DNA of 26,330 nucleotides from a virus (IMGVR_UViG_3300009180_000191:1-26330), one strand, 5' to 3'. Shown: positions 18,601-25,810, counted from the first letter of the stretch. Notes: a model not told the origin generated them from the sequence alone. Translations and numbers: made by a program.

Positions 18601-21600
18601 AAGCAGGAACTCTTTTCTAATTTGTTTTTGTTTTAGATAATCTCCCGCAGACAGTTTGTTAATTATTTTGTCAGACGCATCTTCCCAGTTCTGCGCTAAC
18701 TGGCTTTCTCCGTAGCCCCATTTTTCATTATTGCCAGCAGCAAATTCTTGTCGTTTTATATCAAGAAAATTACCCGGCGCAACTGTTGGCGCGTCGAAGT
18801 GCAGCGTCCCCCTCTCAGCCAATGCCCTGATAGGATCTTCTGGCGTGCCCATCTCGTTCTTGACGTAGCGGGTTAGCTGCTTGTCGATGAACTGGTTGAT
18901 GGCTTCGTTTTGCGGGATGGCTTGCAATCCCCGCTCGCTTGCTATCGGGTCTTGATCCGCATGACGAATTAACCATTCCCGGTCAAATTCCGTTGGCCCC
19001 CGTGACTTCAATTGATCAAGCGCCTTCGTGCCTTCTGGCAGAAAGTTGCCGCCCTTGTTCTTGACCACAGGCAGCATCATGCCCGTGTTCATCATGTAGT
19101 CTTCAAACAACTTTGCGGCAGTTGGGGTTAGCGCCTTTGCGCCACTAACAGCGCCCTTTCCAATTTGCTTGGCACCACTTGCCGCCGCTCCCAACGCAAA
19201 AAAAGGACTTCCAACCTTTGCCAAATTGAATGGGTTCGCCATCTCCAAGAGATCTGTTACAGCTTCGTTTATCTTGTCTGGCGGCGCAGACATCCCCGTT
19301 TCGCCCAACGGGTCTGGAGCCGTCCCCATAGTTTGGCCAACGACTCGCCTGACATCCTCGCCAAAGCCCAGCGGCTTGATGCTGTCGCCGCGCCTACCTG
19401 CCGCCCTCTGCGCAATGTTGTACGGGAGATCGACGGCAAGATCGCCAAGAAACCCCGGTATCTCTGGAACCCACGTTCCAAATCCGCGTTTCACCGCGTT
19501 CTCTCTCGCCGCCTGCTCTTTGACTAACCGGGCACGGAAGTCCCGCTCAAACTGATTCTCGGGCGGCATATTGCCGTATTGCAGCAACGCTGCCGTTGAC
19601 GGCCTAGTCTGGGCTTTTGATTGCGCTATAACGTCAAGGATATCCGCGTTAGTCCCGGAAGCCACCCCTCCGTCGGCGAAACGAAACTTGATGTTTGCGC
19701 CACCCCCGCCTTGAGGTTTCCCAAAGCCAGCAAAGCCCTGAACATAAGGCTCAATCGATACGTTCTCGCTGACCGGGATGTCTACACCTAGCCTGCCGCC
19801 AACGCTGGCTCCGCCCTGACTAACTCCGCCAGCCGCATTGACCCGCAGCATCCGCAGATAACGCATGATCTCTTGCTCTGGCGTCTCAGCAGGCTTGAAG
19901 TCACGGGGGGCAGTCCCGCCATCTTTCATGTGGACAGCGCCGCCGTCCGCATAAATGTCTGGCAAAAGAATTGATTGACGTCCGATCTCGTCGGAATAAC
20001 CTTCAGGCGTGACTCTGTTCCCGGTCATCTCAAGTTCTTTTTTGAGCGCCTCAATGTATTCCTGTTGCGAACGCCTTGGGAACCCTTCTCGTAACTCAGA
20101 GCGAGGAAGCAATTGGATAAGGCCAGACTGCACACCCTTTTCTGCTAACGCCCGATTGCGATGGCGACCCTCATGCCCCGCGATGTACGGAACCAGCGGC
20201 AGTCCCTGCTCCGCCTTGTCGATCATAAGGAATGGGACGTCATTAAATCCCTTGGGAAGGCCGCTCAGGGATCTCACATAGTCTTCGGTTGAGCTATTCC
20301 ACTTAGTAGGAACTTCATTTTTCCCAAGGGCTTTTAATGGGGCGTTTTTTACGTCCAACTTTGCGGCGTATCTTTCAAAGCCCTCGGGGTTCATGGTCAT
20401 CAACGCCTTGGCGTTGTCGCCAGAGAATGCCCGCATGAGCGCTTCTCGTTGGTACATCTTCTCAAGGTTGGGGATCTCGTCAGCCGCACGCTCTAAACGA
20501 CTCGCTCCGTAACGGCCCTCCGACTTCAAAATATCCGCCATCAATTTGCTTACTTTGCCAGCCTTCGATATTCCGCCAAACTGTTTGTGCTGAACCCTCT
20601 TGTTCATCACAGCCATCTGCATGGCATCTTGGTTAACGTAGCCGCCGTGAGCCTTGCTGAGGTCTGGCTGCGAGATGTCGTAAGTGCCTTGGTTGCCTAT
20701 GGCGGATTTGATTTTGTTCGAGTCGTAAACACCATAATTTATTGAGCCACCTTCTTTTGTAACGATAGCATCGTACCCCTGCCCCCTCAGCCAATCAGCG
20801 AATTCAGGCGCTTCCAATGCGGGCCAATGCCCTTTTTCAACGGCGCGAACAAATTGTTGTTCAGTTAATTCACTGCTTGGCTTTAAACCTAGTCCATCCT
20901 TAATCTTGTCTGCGTCAAATGAATCTATACCCCCATTGTCTTGCCAAAAGTAACGAGCCTCTGAACCAGAAAATTTATCTCTGAAGTCAAACGGGTTTTT
21001 TATTTGCGCGTGAACAGGCAAAACATTTGCGCCTTCGCCCTCCGCATAACTTGAAGCAAACTTTGGATTTGTTGTAAGGAAGGTTTTTAGCCCACCCCTG
21101 TACGGCGCATTTTCATCGGACAGTGTACGCAGTGCCTCGCCGTTCTTCTCTCTTGCTCTTGTGCCGTGATACAGCCTATCCTTGACCTTGCTTGGCTCAA
21201 GGAACTTAGCAAGGTTGGCATCACGCTCTGCCGCAGGCAACACATCCTGCGTGCCCTTGCTGGCCTTTGCCATCTCCTTGGCCTTGGTCAATGCACCAAT
21301 CACGCCCTTGGCAATACGGCCACCGTCGGCCTTGCTCAAGTCGGGGTTATAGATGTCGTATGTGCCCTCGTTGCCCGTCGCGCTCTTCACTGCGTTGGGG
21401 TTGTAGGACACCACCTCAGACAACTCGCCGTCACGGTACTGCATCAGCCCGTCATAGCCTGCGGCACGGGCGCGGGACTCAACCTGCTTGCCAATGTAGC
21501 CCTTGTCCTCATAAGCCTTCTCAACCATGCGGAGGGCTTTGTCTTCATCCATCCCTAGCTTGGTCAACGCCTCAACCATCGGGTCGCCATGTGAGCCGTC

Positions 21601-23349
21601 AATGATCAGCGGGTTCTTTATCTGGGCGTAGACGGGAAGCATATTGCCGCCCTCTTGGCCGGGGAGGACGTTGCCCGCCTGCCGGTTGCGCAAGAACTGC
21701 TGACCCGTGTCAGCTTGGTAATCGCTGCGCAGCATCGCGGCAATCGCCTCATCGTTGGGCGAGCCGCTGTAGCCGCTTGCGTTGGCCGTGCTGGGCGTCA
21801 GGTACGTTCCAGATCCCAACGCACCATCCTTGCTAGGCTTGAGGCGGCGGATGGCCTCAACGCCTTTCCCGCCCTCAGTAGCGGTCGTGCCGTGATACAG
21901 GCGCATCGGCGCTTTGCTCGGCTCAAGGAACTTCTGGAGATTGGCCGCAGCTTCAGGCGCGGGCAGCACGTTATCGTTAAACAGCATCTTGACGCCAGCC
22001 TTGACGCCTTTAACAATCCCACCGCCAGCCATGTGCTGATCAATCATGTCATTCAGGCGGTTGTCGAAGTGGTGTTGATCAATCAGCTTGCCCACCCTAG
22101 CATCGAAGTCATCGACGGATCCACCTTCTTCGCTGGCCTCTACGACCCCGCCATCCTTCTGTCCCGTTAACTTTTTGATGCGGTCGCGGTAGCGGTTGAC
22201 GTCGTCGATGTATTGGTCATCCACCAACTGGTGAGGGAAGACCTTCTGAATCGCCCCAGTAAAGTCAGATGGGCGTTGTGTCGTCGCGATGTGTTGCGCG
22301 GCGTCAGGAAAGCCAACTACAAAGGGCGTCAACACCTCTTGCGGGCCTTCAGCTTCGCCAAGGATGCGGTGGCTGTAAGTGTTGTGCGGGGTTCCTGCCG
22401 CCTCAACTTGAGCGCCGGGTTTTAGCTTGCCCGTCATCAGCCCGGTCATGTTGATTTCCATGTCGCGGAGGCGCGGCTCTGTAATAGCGTACTGGATGTC
22501 CAGCCCGTTCGGCAGTCCCAATGGCTGCGTCAGCGTTGGCGTCTTCATGCGGTTGTTAAACCACTTGCGCAGGGTGGTGTCGGTTTTCATCGCAGCAAGT
22601 GCGGCCTCTGGGTTGGCTATACCGGGCCAGTTCGGGAACCTCACGCGCTCACCCGTTATGGAGTCTTTGTACCCACCAGCAATGATGTTGTCGAATACGT
22701 TGAGTTTCTTTTGGTTAACATTTTGCCAATCAATCGCACGCAGGTTGGCGTCAGCAAAGTGCATGGCAAAGTTGTTGGACACCGGCCCCATCGCAAGGTG
22801 ACTGCCAATGATGCGCTCAGGCTCAAACAGTTCCGACACGCGGTCAACCTTGCCCTGCACGTTTTTGGCGGGGCCAACGGTAGACTTCCAGAATTCTGGC
22901 TCAGGAAGGTGCTTCTGGCCCAATCCATAGTACGCACCGCCCTCCTGCACCGAGTCGATTGGAAGCCCGTTGACCTCCTCCAGCAACTTGTTGGACACAG
23001 TCTGGTCGCCGGGAAACGCTACCGTCACATCGCCCTTGCGCGGGGTGTACTGCACTTCCTTCGCCACCGTGCCAACGGGGGACAGCTTGTAGTCCAGCTT
23101 CTTGACCCGCTCGCTCTCCTTCATTGACCGCCCAGCAAGGTTCTTTGTGTCCTTGGGCTTTCCGCTAGTAACGTGTTCGCCAATCATCTGACGAGCCACG
23201 CGGTCAGCTTGCTGGTCAATGAAGTCAGGCGACAGACGGGCGCGAGGCAGAACCAAGGGCAACGCCTTGTCGCTCGGTGTCAATTCAGCGCGACGAGCCG
23301 CCTTGATTGTGCCCAAGCCACCTTTGATTATTTTGTCGAGTGCGCTCAT
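15622..23349 (-). CDS. Giant polyvalent multidomain protein (~2575 aa), GG-motif-segmented, putative virion-delivered effector polyprotein
   Basis: Single uninterrupted ORF; likely start ATG 23349, 4 nt after the TerL stop; three ART-like, ParB-like, PcfJ-like and HhH-like modules separated by xxxGG motifs. Confidence 0.85.
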   Translation of the reverse strand: MSALDKIIKGGLGTIKAARRAELTPSDKALPLVLPRARLSPDFIDQQADRVARQMIGEHVTSGKPKDTKNLAGRSMKESERVKKLDYKLSPVGTVAKEVQYTPRKGDVTVAFPGDQTVSNKLLEEVNGLPIDSVQEGGAYYGLGQKHLPEPEFWKSTVGPAKNVQGKVDRVSELFEPERIIGSHLAMGPVSNNFAMHFADANLRAIDWQNVNQKKLNVFDNIIAGGYKDSITGERVRFPNWPGIANPEAALAAMKTDTTLRKWFNNRMKTPTLTQPLGLPNGLDIQYAITEPRLRDMEINMTGLMTGKLKPGAQVEAAGTPHNTYSHRILGEAEGPQEVLTPFVVGFPDAAQHIATTQRPSDFTGAIQKVFPHQLVDDQYIDDVNRYRDRIKKLTGQKDGGVVEASEEGGSVDDFDARVGKLIDQHHFDNRLNDMIDQHMAGGGIVKGVKAGVKMLFNDNVLPAPEAAANLQKFLEPSKAPMRLYHGTTATEGGKGVEAIRRLKPSKDGALGSGTYLTPSTANASGYSGSPNDEAIAAMLRSDYQADTGQQFLRNRQAGNVLPGQEGGNMLPVYAQIKNPLIIDGSHGDPMVEALTKLGMDEDKALRMVEKAYEDKGYIGKQVESRARAAGYDGLMQYRDGELSEVVSYNPNAVKSATGNEGTYDIYNPDLSKADGGRIAKGVIGALTKAKEMAKASKGTQDVLPAAERDANLAKFLEPSKVKDRLYHGTRAREKNGEALRTLSDENAPYRGGLKTFLTTNPKFASSYAEGEGANVLPVHAQIKNPFDFRDKFSGSEARYFWQDNGGIDSFDADKIKDGLGLKPSSELTEQQFVRAVEKGHWPALEAPEFADWLRGQGYDAIVTKEGGSINYGVYDSNKIKSAIGNQGTYDISQPDLSKAHGGYVNQDAMQMAVMNKRVQHKQFGGISKAGKVSKLMADILKSEGRYGASRLERAADEIPNLEKMYQREALMRAFSGDNAKALMTMNPEGFERYAAKLDVKNAPLKALGKNEVPTKWNSSTEDYVRSLSGLPKGFNDVPFLMIDKAEQGLPLVPYIAGHEGRHRNRALAEKGVQSGLIQLLPRSELREGFPRRSQQEYIEALKKELEMTGNRVTPEGYSDEIGRQSILLPDIYADGGAVHMKDGGTAPRDFKPAETPEQEIMRYLRMLRVNAAGGVSQGGASVGGRLGVDIPVSENVSIEPYVQGFAGFGKPQGGGGANIKFRFADGGVASGTNADILDVIAQSKAQTRPSTAALLQYGNMPPENQFERDFRARLVKEQAARENAVKRGFGTWVPEIPGFLGDLAVDLPYNIAQRAAGRRGDSIKPLGFGEDVRRVVGQTMGTAPDPLGETGMSAPPDKINEAVTDLLEMANPFNLAKVGSPFFALGAAASGAKQIGKGAVSGAKALTPTAAKLFEDYMMNTGMMLPVVKNKGGNFLPEGTKALDQLKSRGPTEFDREWLIRHADQDPIASERGLQAIPQNEAINQFIDKQLTRYVKNEMGTPEDPIRALAERGTLHFDAPTVAPGNFLDIKRQEFAAGNNEKWGYGESQLAQNWEDASDKIINKLSAGDYLKQKQIRKEFLLHTPDEPGMEFLNKVSPDTPLYGINNSPLPGFSRNDPSISTLGFPHLIDELRNATNPASGLPRELMLKPEALARLSVPQAVERVAKINEWRTGNIKQARLADAANTDVHKEYKDTGMRWVLLNKPGQFKAESDAMGHSVRGYEPTEGGGSSGYGLGGWDAIKSGDAKVYSLRDAKNEPHATIEVGVENPTPAFNKLSDEMQNELHDRAHKMHPEIEGGGWPPDFGDIGYEKTIYSLMQEPKYQQALRDAPPDIQKITQVKGKSNRAPNEEYLPYVQDFVKSGKWSSVGDPQNAGLRRYGDVFNVNEQRGIEATGEYVPDNEWLTGEDIQRLHNVITSEGKRLKYDARGNIIGGDPDSGMKHGGAVRMDARGNAIKLGKGGNVKKVIKSAGEYIDPVATKISDWEWRALQDVKKDVPITIVPDYVQAGYGQFMKDQAKKAAAGSLNDRDLMKAYLITQSSIGRGGLSHSTATKTGLKVPNAQEVRPEGAFATWLGSPAGQRYLDAAQKGEIDPKSLEDLRQKFAPFGKQNQLVDQMTNAVTTIPSMTPELNLAISGNANDYRDFAERLKGIAAAKSGFIGSLLGRGDLPTFDARQIGLHTSGMPMPTASVGPMLSRGKGLGGREAVDRLAARQKNMDLKIDPSLDPHYQHLTHHAIWDALGGEKTTHQDLIDAMKNYAKGGVVKMDAGGLLEKELEDARRPATVNPLMARKAEAIKQNAPAENMLTQYAETMPQNWQQFGQNMAQAYPTPATGGTRDQIMGAVMQAAINAGPGITKMVAPQEQALRLAQQRAALPVEQHGLGLPPNNTAAQRAAAMGFVENYVHSTNKPISKIEEGGKFSGIFTLPDRSANYGNVDMPLVVRGNIASDRDLRNLVKNSSRKEQRAINQELPKNPLDIADATVEMQKLRNELARKHGYSGVMHEDEFGDTVALVSPDNIRSRFAAFDPWRRNSALAAALGVAAPDLLAKEKKKRAGGLALTRTSLRQRKPNQLAR
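15679..16200 (-). other. ADP-ribosyltransferase-like domain 3 (divergent)
   Basis: 'RAAAMGF...YVHST...GIFT...YGNV.MPL...GYSGV...LVSPDNIRSRFAAFDP'. Confidence 0.55.
16564..17463 (-). other. Helix-hairpin-helix DNA glycosylase-like domain
   Basis: 'LKGIAAAKSGFIGSLLGRGDLPTFDARQ' resembles an HhH motif with Lys followed by the catalytic Asp of HhH-GPD/OGG glycosylases. Confidence 0.5.
17755..18260 (-). other. PcfJ-like domain
   Basis: 'ESDAMGHSVRGY...VYSLRD...PHATIEV...ITQVKGKSN' matches the PcfJ-like pattern (E...M.HCV..Y; SLR; TIE; Q..G..N), here with Ser in place of Cys. Confidence 0.6.
19939..20571 (-). other. ParB/sulfiredoxin-like domain
   Basis: 'PFLMID...IAGHEGRHRNRAL...G' resembles the ParB-N (D/E)GxHR motif. 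Confidence 0.5.
20641..21318 (-). other. ADP-ribosyltransferase-like domain 2 (paralog of domain 1)
   Basis: LYHGT...TFLTTNPKFASSY...PVHAQIKNPF...GYDAI...VYDSNKIKSAIGNQGTYD. Confidence 0.7.
21319..22017 (-). other. ADP-ribosyltransferase-like domain 1 (ART-PolyVal type)
   Basis: LYHGT...G.GTYLTPS...ASGY...PVYAQIKNPL...GYDGL...EVVSYNPNAVKS..GN.GTYD. Confidence 0.7.
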
Positions 23350-23353
23350 GTCA

Positions 23354-24844
23354 TCACGCCGTGTAAGGGTTCTCCCGCTTCGGGCGGGTGTATTCGTAGT
23401 CCTCGTCATCATCATAACGAGGCTCTGGATTGATGTCGAGAAAGCCCATGTCCTTCAGTAACCGAATCGCTTGCGTTGCGCTATCCACATAGTCGTCGTG
23501 CGTCGAGTCCGGGAACGCGCAGATCTGCGACAGGAAGCCCTCGCACCAGTCCTTGACGAAGCCCTTCCTGACACTGCTCTCCGGAAGCCACACCCGCTTG
23601 GTCGCGAAGATCGACGCCGTGATCTGGAGGCGCTGCATCTTGTCCGCGTGGCCGGGGTTGTATCCCCTGACAGGCAGGTGGGCCGCACGCAGTTCCTGAA
23701 TCAGGGAGATCCCCGCCGCCTTGTCCTCGACCAGTATCAGGTCAGGGCGCTTGGCGTCCTTCCCCTCGCCATACGACACCTTCCACTCCTCCAGCACCTT
23801 GGGCTTGAGTTTGGGGAAGGACAGATGCTCAGCCCAGCAGTCGATGAGCAGCACGCTCATAGGCCCGTCCAGAGGCTTGTACGCGCCCCATGTCGTCATG
23901 GCCGTCGGGTCGTTGTACTCCTTGTCGCTGAAGGCGCAGTCGTAGGACTGGACGATGAAGTCGAAGCGCGGGAAGGGCTTGTCTGCTGGCCACAACTGGA
24001 ACATCTCGCGGCTCACCACCTTGCCGTCCTCCAGATCGACCAGTTGGCCCATCACCTCCTGCTCGTACAGCTTCGACCCCTTGTACTGCTCCAACTGCCG
24101 CTTGAAGGTCGGCGCAAGGTTGGCCGCGTTGTCGTGCGTGGTGGCGCGGTCGATCACCACATCGTCGCCTTCCCGCCCGACGAGGTCGAGGATCAGGTCT
24201 TTCGGTCTCGGCGTCGTAGTGACAATGACCCTCGGTTGCTTGCCTAGCCGCAGGCCCATCATCATCATGTCCCACGCCTCTCCGGGGCCAAGGTACTGGA
24301 AGGCCGCGAGTTCGTCCGCCCAGCACCAGTGGAACTGCGGCCCCCGCAGCCGCTCGTAGGCGTCGGCGCTGATCCCCCGGATGATGGATCCGTTGCTCAG
24401 CCTGATCTGGTGGTCTTGCTTGTTGTAGTCCACGACCAGATCCTTGGGGATGCAGGCCAGCAGGCCAGACTGCCCCTCAAAGCAGGTGTGCTTGATGTCG
24501 TTAGACGTCGGGGCCAGTACCAGTCCCCGCGTCTCCGGGTGCGTCCAGCACCACCACCACAAAGCCTCAGCAGCGCTGCGGGTCTTGCCCGCCCCCCGGC
24601 CTGCCAGCATCATCCAGATCAGGTAGTCCTGCTCAAGCGGCGGCGGGACTTGATAACGGTGGGCGGTCGCCAACCATTTGGTGTGCGCCAGTATCGCAAG
24701 GCGCGAGTGCAAGGGCTGGCTGTCGAACGCCTTTGCCATCTCCGCATCAAGGAACTGGCCTAAACCACTAGATGTAGTGTCAGTGTCGGTTAAAACCCGT
24801 GTTTTGGGAGACTTGCCACTACCGGCAGTGGTTTCAGCCAACAC
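23354..24844 (-). CDS. terL: Terminase large subunit
   Basis: Walker A AGRGAGKT, Walker B WCWADE, coupling motif TTTP, RNase H-like nuclease (SYDCA...HDDYVDS). GTG start at 24844 is uncertain. Confidence 0.95.
   Translation of the reverse strand: MLAETTAGSGKSPKTRVLTDTDTTSSGLGQFLDAEMAKAFDSQPLHSRLAILAHTKWLATAHRYQVPPPLEQDYLIWMMLAGRGAGKTRSAAEALWWWCWTHPETRGLVLAPTSNDIKHTCFEGQSGLLACIPKDLVVDYNKQDHQIRLSNGSIIRGISADAYERLRGPQFHWCWADELAAFQYLGPGEAWDMMMMGLRLGKQPRVIVTTTPRPKDLILDLVGREGDDVVIDRATTHDNAANLAPTFKRQLEQYKGSKLYEQEVMGQLVDLEDGKVVSREMFQLWPADKPFPRFDFIVQSYDCAFSDKEYNDPTAMTTWGAYKPLDGPMSVLLIDCWAEHLSFPKLKPKVLEEWKVSYGEGKDAKRPDLILVEDKAAGISLIQELRAAHLPVRGYNPGHADKMQRLQITASIFATKRVWLPESSVRKGFVKDWCEGFLSQICAFPDSTHDDYVDSATQAIRLLKDMGFLDINPEPRYDDDEDYEYTRPKRENPYTA
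24765..24831. promoter_or_regulatory. Palindromic site cluster at the terS/terL junction, including an NrdR-box-like 16-mer
   Basis: ccactagatgtagtgt (24765-24780), aaaacccgtgtttt (24792-24805), ccactaccggcagtgg (24816-24831). Confidence 0.4.
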
Positions 24845-25442
24845 GCTTGGTCATTTCCATGTTGCGGATGAGGTCGAAAAGTGCTTCAGACCTTGCATCC
24901 GCCGTCAGGATTGGTGCCGCCCCGTCCACCCCGTGCAGGCCAACCCTGTCCCCGTACTTGCTGGGATGGAACTTGGCCAGCAGCTTCAGACGGGTCTCTA
25001 CCTGCAAGCGGCGGGCGTTGACGTCGTCAGAACGCACCACAGAGCGCACCAGCGCCCCTGTAGCGGGGTTCTCAGCCTCAGTCACCCTCTCTGTCATCGT
25101 CTGCGTGTCCGCGATGTACAGGCACTCCTCAGCGATGGCGTCGTAGCCAATATCCCTCGCACGCGAGATGGCTGCGGAAAGAGCGTCGTCGCGCCCCATC
25201 CAATCGTAAACCGTCCTCCACGCAGGGAAGCCTTCGTTCTCTCTACATATCTGTCTAAGTGGTATTCCCTCACTCAACTGCTCACAGATGATGCGTGCTA
25301 TCTCAGGGTCGTACTTTGAGGGGCGTCCAGTCTTCTTGGGCGCTACAGGGTTCTTTTTGGGCGCGAGGCTACCCTCGTTACCCTCTGCGGGCTTGGGTGT
25401 CTTGGCGGGCCTCTTAGGCGCGTCCTTGATGGTTTTCGGCAT
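24834..25442 (-). CDS. terS: Terminase small subunit (Sf6-like)
   Basis: 'GRPSKYDPE...ICEQLSEG..LRQIC...P...TVYDW' HTH and 'RLQVETRLKLLAKFHPSKYGD'; immediately upstream of terL. Confidence 0.9.
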   Translation of the reverse strand: MPKTIKDAPKRPAKTPKPAEGNEGSLAPKKNPVAPKKTGRPSKYDPEIARIICEQLSEGIPLRQICRENEGFPAWRTVYDWMGRDDALSAAISRARDIGYDAIAEECLYIADTQTMTERVTEAENPATGALVRSVVRSDDVNARRLQVETRLKLLAKFHPSKYGDRVGLHGVDGAAPILTADARSEALFDLIRNMEMTKRVG

Positions 25443-25469
25443 TACCCGCAGTCCCTTGAGTAGGAAGGT

Positions 25470-25535
25470 GGGGGCTGCGCGTGATTGTCTAGATCAATCC
25501 CTCGCGTCGAGTCAAACGACTGCGATGCAGCCCCC
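25470..25535 (-). promoter_or_regulatory. Predicted three-way-junction leader RNA upstream of terS
   Basis: 9-bp closing stem GGGGGCTGC/GCAGCCCCC enclosing two hairpins (TCGCAGTCG/CGACGCGA and GATTG/CAATC). Confidence 0.5.
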
Positions 25536-25543
25536 GAAATAGG

Positions 25544-25574
25544 ACTGTAGCACCTAGCGTGAGGTCGCGTGCAA
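25544..25574 (-). promoter_or_regulatory. Candidate sigma70 promoter (extended -10) for the packaging/structural operon
   Basis: Minus strand TTGCAC-19 nt-TACAGT with TG one base before the -10; in the only sizeable intergenic gap. Spacer is longer than optimal. Confidence 0.4.
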
Positions 25575-25636
25575 CTATTTCACAACCGCACCCTTTTGTT
25601 GCTGTAACCGTTTCGGTTCAGGTTCGACGTCGCTTC

Positions 25637-25810
25637 TCACAACCTTCGGATTCTGGTCTGCTGGTAGTCCCGTTCGATCTGCTCCTTGCTGATTCCCAAA
25701 TTGACGAACCGGGTGTGCTTTTGGTCTGGAGGTATCAGCTTCGGGGGGTAAAGCCATGACGGCATCGCGTCTGTGCTTAGCTGCATTTTAGATTGCTTTC
25801 TCTTTGGCAT
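25637..25810 (-). CDS. Hypothetical protein (57 aa)
   Basis: Read manually: AAGGA SD, MPKRKQSKMQLSTDAMPSWLYPPKLIPPDQKHTRFVNLGISKEQIERDYQQTRIRRL. Confidence 0.6.
   Translation of the reverse strand: MPKRKQSKMQLSTDAMPSWLYPPKLIPPDQKHTRFVNLGISKEQIERDYQQTRIRRL

Noticed and set aside
15622-23349. Tape-measure protein, virion RNA polymerase or intein-containing protein
   Set aside because: No periodic TMP repeats, no RNAP catalytic motif noticed, no intein C/S...HN splice motifs or LAGLIDADG; content is a mosaic of small domains.
23350-23415. Track start of the giant ORF at 23415
   Set aside because: Overlaps the terL 3' end by ~60 nt; ATG 23349 just after the terL stop is more plausible.
25470-25535. 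tRNA, hammerhead ribozyme or terminator interpretation of the structured element
   Set aside because: Only two internal arms, no TTC/T-loop or D-loop consensus, no CUGAUGA core, no U-tract on the coding strand.
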